NCBI GenBank assembly: GCA_963826715.1
Contig: CAWGYA010000008.1
Coordinates: 608,001 to 672,000, forward strand
DNA: 64,000 nucleotides
Direction: 5' to 3'
Source: Candidatus Bathyarchaeota archaeon
GTDB taxonomy: Archaea; Thermoproteota; Bathyarchaeia; Bathyarchaeales; Bathycorpusculaceae
Shown: in pieces, positions 57,546 to 64,000 of the stretch
How the letters are laid out: each line of letters opens with the position of its first letter
Numbering within the stretch: the stretch's first letter is position 1
Position numbers and translations under genes: made by a program
Notes under the pieces: model-generated
Told to the model about the DNA's origin: nothing
The model's input: only the letters and a program-made list of their open reading frames with translations
Database searches by the model: none

Positions 57546-58880
57546 TTAATCCATTATTACATTGAGAACATCGAGCTTAAGCGTCTTCGCTGAGTTATCA
57601 AGCAAAGCCGACACGTTAGGTACTGTACGTCCTTCATCTCCAGACACCAATTCTTTCACATAAAGCCCACCCTGACATTTGATATAGAGGAGAGCTTTCT
57701 TAAGCGTCACCTTCTTAACTTCAAGCTTATATATGTACCTTTCTCGGACAATATCGGCGCGGCGATGCACAACACGTAATGGAGTTTGCTGCTTAATCAT
57801 TGTACCGGAGAGCTTTTCTTCTAAAATACTCAAGTCTTCGTCGGTTAAATCTTTCACGAATTCAGCGAGCAACTGATACTCCTTCTGGGCACTTTCGCCT
57901 TTCTTGAGGTGACGTACATCATCTTTGGATGCAAAATACAAATCTGAAACTTCAACTTTATCGATGCCTCCTGCATTTATAGTTTCTTTTATCAGTTTTA
58001 AGTTAACAGATCGTTTCTTGGGTTTAGAGACTTCTACTATAAAAGGCCGTCCAGTTCCCAGCATTCGAGCATCGATGTCTTCTCTTCCTGAGGCATGAAA
58101 AAACGATTCCGTGCCACCAGTAGCATCAATAAGCGGTTTTGAAGTGTGCGCTTCAACGGAGTCAGGGTACAATTTGCCTGTACCACTACATCGCTCACAG
58201 CCTCGACCTCTACAAATAGAGCAGAACCACTCAGACTGAGGGATATCTCTGACCAATTTGCGGTATCGTCCACCAACGAATAATGGGTTAACTTGAAGGT
58301 GAACTTTCGATAGGAAAGGGTTGAACACAACAACTAGGTCAGGTTTTAGGTACTCGGCATCTTTGCCTGTTGCCTTAGCCAAAGCTTTGCCCAGCAATCT
58401 GCCGAATTCATGGCGGATACTCTCGGCATAGGCAATGTTGAAAGAGGCTTTAAATTCATCTTCTCGTTCCTCCACCGTAGTGGGCAACTCGATACCGACG
58501 AGAAAAGTGTTAAATTCTAATCCTTCTAGGTTACTTTGAGCAGTTTGTATCAAATCATTAATGAGTTTAAACTTGTTCTCACATAAAAAGCATTTAACTT
58601 CTGGATCCTGTTTAGGTATGCGTTTCTTTAGGTGCCTCAGAGTTTCCTGCGCAGTTGCTGAGAAACCTGAGGTTGCTAAAACTCTTAGCTGTTTTATACC
58701 TTGTGATTCTTTTTCTGTCGCTATCAAATCGTTAGCCTGTAGTGTTAAGCTAACTTTCAAGGCTGCACCGCGGACGTTGTTTTCCATACAATAACCCAAT
58801 TGCGCAAATTGCCTGCCGAGACAATTGTCGCAAAGGGGATATTTGTTAAGCAATTCATAGGCTTTCTCTAAAACATCCAT
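57546..58880 (-). CDS. pus10: tRNA pseudouridine(54/55) synthase Pus10
   Basis: LCDNCLGRQF, GRYRKLVR.IPQ, FHASGREDIDARMLG.GRPF, QQTPLRV.HRRAD, GGLYVKELVSGD.GRT. Confidence 0.95.
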   Translation of the reverse strand: MDVLEKAYELLNKYPLCDNCLGRQFAQLGYCMENNVRGAALKVSLTLQANDLIATEKESQGIKQLRVLATSGFSATAQETLRHLKKRIPKQDPEVKCFLCENKFKLINDLIQTAQSNLEGLEFNTFLVGIELPTTVEEREDEFKASFNIAYAESIRHEFGRLLGKALAKATGKDAEYLKPDLVVVFNPFLSKVHLQVNPLFVGGRYRKLVRDIPQSEWFCSICRGRGCERCSGTGKLYPDSVEAHTSKPLIDATGGTESFFHASGREDIDARMLGTGRPFIVEVSKPKKRSVNLKLIKETINAGGIDKVEVSDLYFASKDDVRHLKKGESAQKEYQLLAEFVKDLTDEDLSILEEKLSGTMIKQQTPLRVVHRRADIVRERYIYKLEVKKVTLKKALLYIKCQGGLYVKELVSGDEGRTVPNVSALLDNSAKTLKLDVLNVIMD

Positions 58881-58890
58881 CTGTTTTGAC

Positions 58891-60234
58891 CTACTTAAAA
58901 CCCATCTGTGGCATACCTTTACCACCCAACCCAAACGGTAGTTTCTTTTTGCGTTTAAACATCTTAAGCATCTTTTTCATCATAAGATACTGTTTGAGAA
59001 GCTCTTTGACTTCTTTCTCGCTTGTTCCGCTACCCCGAGCGATGCGTCGTGCACGCGAAGAATTCAGGAGTTTAGGGTTCTCTTTCTCTTGGGGCGTCAT
59101 AGATTGGATGATTACTCGCCAAGTATCAAGCCGACCCTCCGCCGAGTTAAGCATCTCGTCAGGAACATTAGCTGACATTCCAGGCAACATCTTCATAACT
59201 TTGCTGAATGGACCCATGTTTTTGACTGCTGAAAACTGCTCATACATGTCAGTTAAGGTAAAGTTTCCGCTGAGAATTTCCTTAGCTTTTTTCTGGGGCA
59301 CTCTAATTTCGGCGTCATGAACCTTCTCAAGCAGCGTCTCTAAGTCTCCCATACCCAGGAGTCGCCCGACAAACCGACTGGGAATGAAGGGTTCGATGTC
59401 TTCGATTTTTTCGCCTGTACCGATAAATTTGATTGGTGCACCTGTGGCCGCAACTGCTGAAAGGGCACCACCTCCGCGTGAGGATCCATCAAGTTTGGTG
59501 ACGATGATAGCGCCAATGGGTGTGGCTTCATGGAAAGTTTTAGCTTGGATAAGCGCCTGTTGCCCAATAGTACCGTCAATAACCATAATGACCTCGTCGG
59601 GGTGAATATGCTTCTCAAGGTCTTTCATTTCTTTTATTAGATCCTTCTCTTCTTTGTGGCGCCCGGCGGTGTCGACAATGATTAGATCACGGTCGCTGAA
59701 ATGTTTTAGACCCTCCTTGACGATTTTAATAGGGTCTTTAGCTTTAGCCTCGCCATAAATTGGAGCGTTAATTCTTGTTGCGAGTTGTTGAAGTTGCGCG
59801 TAGGCGCCTGGGCGGTAAGTGTCACCAGCGATTAAGCCGATTTTTAAGCCCCGTTTCTGGAAGTAGCGCGCGAGCTTGGCGGCGTGAGTAGTTTTACCTG
59901 AGCCCTGAATCCCCACAAGCATTATGATTTTCTTCTTGCCTGGCTCTACTTTTAGAGCTACAGGTTTGTCTCCGATGAAACGTGTGAGTTCTTCGTAAAC
60001 AACTTTAATAACATGTTCACGTCTCGAAACCCCCGGTGGAACTTTCTCTTTGAGGGCGCGTTCCTCAATATTTTTGCTGATTTGCAAAACTAGTTGTACA
60101 TTTACGTCTGATTGGAGTAGCGCTCGCTGGATGTCGCGAACTAGTTCCTTCACTGTTGCTTCGTCTACGACACCTGCTTTGAAGAGTTTTTTTATGGCGT
60201 CAGTTAGCGAGGAACTTAACTTATCTAGTGCCAT
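58891..60234 (-). CDS. srp54: Signal recognition particle protein SRP54
   Basis: GIQGSGKTT, DTAGRH, TKLDG..RGGGALS and an M-domain with IIQSMT..E and SRARRIARGSG. Confidence 0.97.
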   Translation of the reverse strand: MALDKLSSSLTDAIKKLFKAGVVDEATVKELVRDIQRALLQSDVNVQLVLQISKNIEERALKEKVPPGVSRREHVIKVVYEELTRFIGDKPVALKVEPGKKKIIMLVGIQGSGKTTHAAKLARYFQKRGLKIGLIAGDTYRPGAYAQLQQLATRINAPIYGEAKAKDPIKIVKEGLKHFSDRDLIIVDTAGRHKEEKDLIKEMKDLEKHIHPDEVIMVIDGTIGQQALIQAKTFHEATPIGAIIVTKLDGSSRGGGALSAVAATGAPIKFIGTGEKIEDIEPFIPSRFVGRLLGMGDLETLLEKVHDAEIRVPQKKAKEILSGNFTLTDMYEQFSAVKNMGPFSKVMKMLPGMSANVPDEMLNSAEGRLDTWRVIIQSMTPQEKENPKLLNSSRARRIARGSGTSEKEVKELLKQYLMMKKMLKMFKRKKKLPFGLGGKGMPQMGFK

Positions 60235-60319
60235 GTAAGTCTCCGCCTATCATTCTCTTGTTCTTTTAAATAAAGATTACATAAAAAAAACACGATAAGC
60301 CTGGAGTTTGTTGAGTTCT

Positions 60320-60394
60320 TGAAGCCTCAGTTTTTAGTTTCCCCATTAAGTATTCTTCACAATTCAGACGGCTCTTCATGCATCATTGGCTTCA
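60320..60394 (-). ncRNA. Box C/D guide sRNA candidate
   Basis: Minus strand reads TGAAGCC-A-ATGATGC (C)-12 nt guide-CTGA (D')-ATT-GTGAAGA (C')-23 nt-CTGA (D)-GGCTTCA, closed by a 7-bp terminal stem. Confidence 0.7.
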
Positions 60395-60478
60395 CAAGGA
60401 AACTGCCAAGCTAGAACATAAACTTTAACGGAAAATCTTAAAACAAAACCAAAACAATCTCATCTTAATGTGAACGAC

Positions 60479-60681
60479 ATGTCTGTTGAACGGGTAATCC
60501 TCACAGCAATATTTGTACTTTTACTAGTGGGGCTATCAACATTGAGCCTGTGGGCTATTTGGACTTATGTAACACTTAATAACTTCATCTTGATGATCGC
60601 CAGTATTCCTCTTAGCTGGGGATAATTCTCTTAGCGCTTTATCTTATTTTTCGCAAAGTCAAGTGGGAATGGTGGAGCTAA
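60479..60681 (+). pseudogene. Small two-TM membrane protein gene with a probable -1 frameshift
   Basis: MSVERVILTAIFVLLLVGLSTLSLWAIWTYVTLNNFILMIASIPLSWG* continues in the -1 frame as LGIILLALYLIFRKVKWEWWS*. Confidence 0.45.
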
Positions 60682-60737
60682 AAAATAAAGGGTAAACAGA
60701 CAAATATCAAAAAAGGAAACATAGAAAAACGCGCAGC

Positions 60738-61130
60738 TTACTTTGCTCGCACAATTTTTACTTTACCGAGAATCTTCCAATACTCTATTTCAGTACCCGG
60801 AATAAGTTTTGCTTTTAGCTCTTCCTCTTCGGGGAAAGGGCCATCAAGATATTCATATGTTTCTAAGTCCATGATCTGGACGCCGGTTGGGTTAACTGCG
60901 AAGACTTGACCGGGGCGTTTATCAATAATTGGAATTTCTGCGCTTGCATCAACGGGTTTAACAAATTGTCTTTTTTGGTTATCAAATACGCCTATAGCTA
61001 CGATACGGGCTTTAGCCGCCCCGTGTTTGCCAGGTTTAGATTTGGCGATGTCGACAATGCGGCAAGGTTCGCCTTCAATCATCATATAACCACCAACACG
61101 TAATTCTCCAACATCTACTGGTTTGCTCAT
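60738..61130 (-). CDS. eif5a: Translation factor aIF-5A
   Basis: SKPGKHGAAK hypusine-site motif. Confidence 0.96.
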   Translation of the reverse strand: MSKPVDVGELRVGGYMMIEGEPCRIVDIAKSKPGKHGAAKARIVAIGVFDNQKRQFVKPVDASAEIPIIDKRPGQVFAVNPTGVQIMDLETYEYLDGPFPEEEELKAKLIPGTEIEYWKILGKVKIVRAK

Positions 61131-61223
61131 ACACTCACCACAGTAAGGGTTCTATTCAATGCAATTCCCTACAACACCAATATATAGATTAAGGTTTACG
61201 ATAGATAACACAAAGGTGGAATC

Positions 61224-62063
61224 TTGTTTAAAACAGTGGGATTAGTTGCCCGCTATGACAAAAAAGCTGCCCTAAACCTAGCCGAAGAGCTAGCTGAGTA
61301 CCTCTCCAAACAAGGATTGGAGGTTTATATAGAGGAATCGCTTAAAGGAAAAATCAACTTTCAAAAAAAGTTTGTACCCCTTGAAGCAATGAAAACTGAT
61401 TTTATAATTACTTTAGGCGGCGACGGCACCATCTTGCGGACAGCCATAACCGCACCCAAACCCGAACCTCCCCTCTTAGCAATAAACATGGGGGTTCGCG
61501 GTTTTTTGACCGAGGTAGAGCCAAAAGGAGCCTGTGAAGCAGTAGAGCGAATCTTGAACGGTGATTTTCATGTTGAAAAATCCACCAAAATGTCGGTCTG
61601 TGCTGGGAAAGAGCAGCTGCCCGATGCCTTAAATGATGTAGTTATATCTACAGGGGAGCCCTCGAAAATTTTATATGCGGAAATCTGTAAAGACGGCAAA
61701 TCGATTTTGAGGTGTCAAGCCGACGGGTTAATCATCGGCACCCAAACAGGATCCACGGGGTATTCCCTGTCGGCTGGGGGACCTGTTTTAGATCCACAGG
61801 TAGATGCTTTTGTGTTAACTCCAATTTGCTCGCTAACTGTATTTCATTCTCTGGTGTTCCCCGCTAATTCCATGTTGACGTTTAATGTTCTACGCCCCGA
61901 GAGAATGTTGGTTATGATTGACGGTAGCTTTCGAAAAACTGTGAGTACTGAAGAGCTAATAGTTAAAGTTACACGCTCAGAAAACGTGACCTCGTTTATT
62001 CGGTTTGAAGCTAACTTTTATGATAGACTCCGCAATAGACTTCTCTTTAAGGGAACCGAATGA
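61224..62063 (+). CDS. nadK: NAD kinase
   Basis: LGGDGT, GFL, ALND, ADG...TQTGSTGYSLSAGGP. Confidence 0.94.
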   Translation: MFKTVGLVARYDKKAALNLAEELAEYLSKQGLEVYIEESLKGKINFQKKFVPLEAMKTDFIITLGGDGTILRTAITAPKPEPPLLAINMGVRGFLTEVEPKGACEAVERILNGDFHVEKSTKMSVCAGKEQLPDALNDVVISTGEPSKILYAEICKDGKSILRCQADGLIIGTQTGSTGYSLSAGGPVLDPQVDAFVLTPICSLTVFHSLVFPANSMLTFNVLRPERMLVMIDGSFRKTVSTEELIVKVTRSENVTSFIRFEANFYDRLRNRLLFKGTE

Positions 62064-62596
62064 CGAGTCAAAGCCCTAACCATCGCCGCGTAGTTGTATT
62101 GGATACCTCTGCCTTCGTCGCAGGTTTTGACCCCTTCAGCTCTAGTGACGAACAGGTTACAGCACCAGCGGTGGAAACGGAAATCAGACGTAACTCGATG
62201 ATAAAGATGCGCTTTGAAATCGCTCTTGAAAGCGGAAAAGTCAAAATTAAGACACCCAACCCCCAATCTATGGATAAAGCTCAAAGTTCGGCTATCAAAG
62301 TCGGTGACGCCCACAACCTATCAGAGGCGGATATTCAGCTGTTGGCATTGGCAGTTCAGCTTAAATCAGAAGGTTACAAGCCGCAAATCATAACTGATGA
62401 TTACTCAATCCAAAACGTCGCCAAGCAACTTGGAATAGAGTTTGTCGCACTTACCACCTTTGGTATAAAACGCCTACTAGAGTGGATACGTTATTGTCCT
62501 GCTTGCCACAAACACTACTCCACAGATAGCAAATTTATGAATTGCCAAATCTGCGGCACAGAACTCAAACGTAAACCGCAGCGGCAGCCCAAATAG
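62060..62596 (+). CDS. nob1: Nob1 PIN-domain endonuclease
   Basis: VLDTSAF, LSEADIQLLALA, TDDYSIQNVA and a CPAC...CQICG zinc ribbon. Confidence 0.92.
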   Translation: MTSQSPNHRRVVVLDTSAFVAGFDPFSSSDEQVTAPAVETEIRRNSMIKMRFEIALESGKVKIKTPNPQSMDKAQSSAIKVGDAHNLSEADIQLLALAVQLKSEGYKPQIITDDYSIQNVAKQLGIEFVALTTFGIKRLLEWIRYCPACHKHYSTDSKFMNCQICGTELKRKPQRQPK

Positions 62597-64000
62597 TTAA
62601 ATGAGCAGCAAAAGCGAAATCAAGATAATCCCCTCCATGCCGAAGATTGGCACAATGATGTGTTTTGCTTTTTGGATGGCTTTGTCGATGAGGAGGGTTA
62701 TTGATTTTAGGCGTTCTTCGCCTATGACTATTACAGATGGCACAGTGAACTGTATGCATCCGGCTTTGGCAGCTTCAAGATTAGAGGCTGCTTTTTTTGC
62801 TGCTTTTTCAATGTACACCATGAGGGCGTCATGGCTGATTGCTTCACCGATTGGGCAGTAACCACGGGTGCTCGTAACTAATGCGCTAACGGCGTGGGTA
62901 TCGGTTGTGAAAACTTCACAGTCATCAAATCCCAAAAGAGATATGAATTCTAGAATTTTTTCTCGTAGAAACGGAACCATGTTGTTACCATCTATAACTA
63001 TGTAAACAGTTTTCTGCCCCTCGACCTCAACGACGATAGCTGTTATTCCGCCCGTCCCCATACCTTGTTTAAGCGTGAAATCTGATGGAAACACTGAGGC
63101 TGATCCCACTGAGAAGGCTTTTTTGGGTTTTCCAATGGCTTTCAACATACATTTGAAGGCCGCCCGTTTTAGTTCGTCCACATGTTCATTGGTGTCGTCC
63201 ACGGCACCTAGGCAATTGTGGGCGTTAACAACAATTACATGTTCGAAACCATATCGTTTGGCTTCTTCGCTGACCATGCGTCTCAGTTCTTGCGGGAGAT
63301 CTTCGGTAGTTTTGGGTGCGAGAGAGAACGCCAAAAAGAGTGTGTCTCCGAAGATTTGGCAGGATGCTGTCGCTGTCCCTTCGATTATTTTAACGAATGG
63401 CGACGCTATATCTGAGTTGGCGTCAAATATTGCTGAAGAAATCACTTTGGCTACAATTTTTTGATTTTGGGCTTGGGAGGCTAAGTCGAGTTCATGCCCT
63501 AAAATGCCCAGTGGTGTGCAGGCACTACACCCATAATGGCTTTCGTAGGCGTGTTTTAGGAGGGAGGGCAGAAGGCTGCTGCCGATGTTTTTGAAAGGTC
63601 CTGGATGTACAAGGGGAACAATCACTGCGGCTTTGGGTTTTGAGGCATCGAATTTTAGTAGGCTTACTTCTATATCGGCGTTTTCACCCATTTCTTCAAG
63701 ATAAGTCTCCAGAGGAGCGTTTGCATCTGTAACCCAGTTGAGGAGAAAAGCTTTGAAAAGCGGCATCGAAGGTAAACCATATGTATCTTGTCCCAAGCGG
63801 TCAATTGTGTGAAGCAGAAGGTAAACTGCGGCGTAGCCAATTATTGGGACAAAAACAATGAAGATTAAAACTTGCTGGTTGATGGTGGCTGAGTGGTTTA
63901 ACCAGAAAAGCGAAAACATGACAATACAAAGGATAGGCTGTAGCAGAGCAGACGTGATTTGTCGCCAGTTTGATCCATTAGAGGTTGCGGATAAAACAAG
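62597..64000 (-). CDS. DUF2070 family membrane protein (N-terminus beyond the window)
   Basis: VHPGPFKNIGSS.LP, HELD, NAHN, IDGNNM, TTDTH. The frame stays open from 63919 to 64000. Confidence 0.82.
   Translation of the reverse strand, partial: LVLSATSNGSNWRQITSALLQPILCIVMFSLFWLNHSATINQQVLIFIVFVPIIGYAAVYLLLHTIDRLGQDTYGLPSMPLFKAFLLNWVTDANAPLETYLEEMGENADIEVSLLKFDASKPKAAVIVPLVHPGPFKNIGSSLLPSLLKHAYESHYGCSACTPLGILGHELDLASQAQNQKIVAKVISSAIFDANSDIASPFVKIIEGTATASCQIFGDTLFLAFSLAPKTTEDLPQELRRMVSEEAKRYGFEHVIVVNAHNCLGAVDDTNEHVDELKRAAFKCMLKAIGKPKKAFSVGSASVFPSDFTLKQGMGTGGITAIVVEVEGQKTVYIVIDGNNMVPFLREKILEFISLLGFDDCEVFTTDTHAVSALVTSTRGYCPIGEAISHDALMVYIEKAAKKAASNLEAAKAGCIQFTVPSVIVIGEERLKSITLLIDKAIQKAKHIIVPIFGMEGIILISLLLLI

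Overview
Archaeal chromosomal segment, most likely Bathyarchaeia (TACK). This is inferred from the secreted PQQ-type beta-propeller surface proteins, class I LysRS, TFE-beta, CofD and many TTG starts. It is mostly housekeeping: lysS, serS, eS1, uS15, eL21, Rpo4, SRP54, aIF5A, KEOPS (kae1/bud32/pcc1), Pus10, TruD, RsmA, RlmE, Nob1, Hel308, purB, nadC/nadM/nadK, ino1, a proteasome beta subunit and tRNA-Arg(GCG). The most unusual parts are: (1) an Fe-S/sulfur-relay operon with an IscS-fold protein that has lost most PLP/substrate-binding residues but keeps its loop Cys, plus IscU, an intact SufS and a small Cys-bearing protein; (2) a ydjG/ydjI-like SPFH membrane operon; (3) a box C/D sRNA candidate upstream of srp54 that the ORF track cannot show; (4) a beta-propeller/ArnT-type glycosyltransferase fusion; (5) an AT-rich glycan cluster with DUF3131, a deacetylase-GNAT fusion and a B12 radical SAM enzyme; (6) gcvH paired with a CoA-disulfide-reductase-type flavoprotein; and (7) several small frameshifted genes, including a hidden cupin. 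No CRISPR array, integrase or transposase was found. All calls rest on motif recognition by eye, without database searches.
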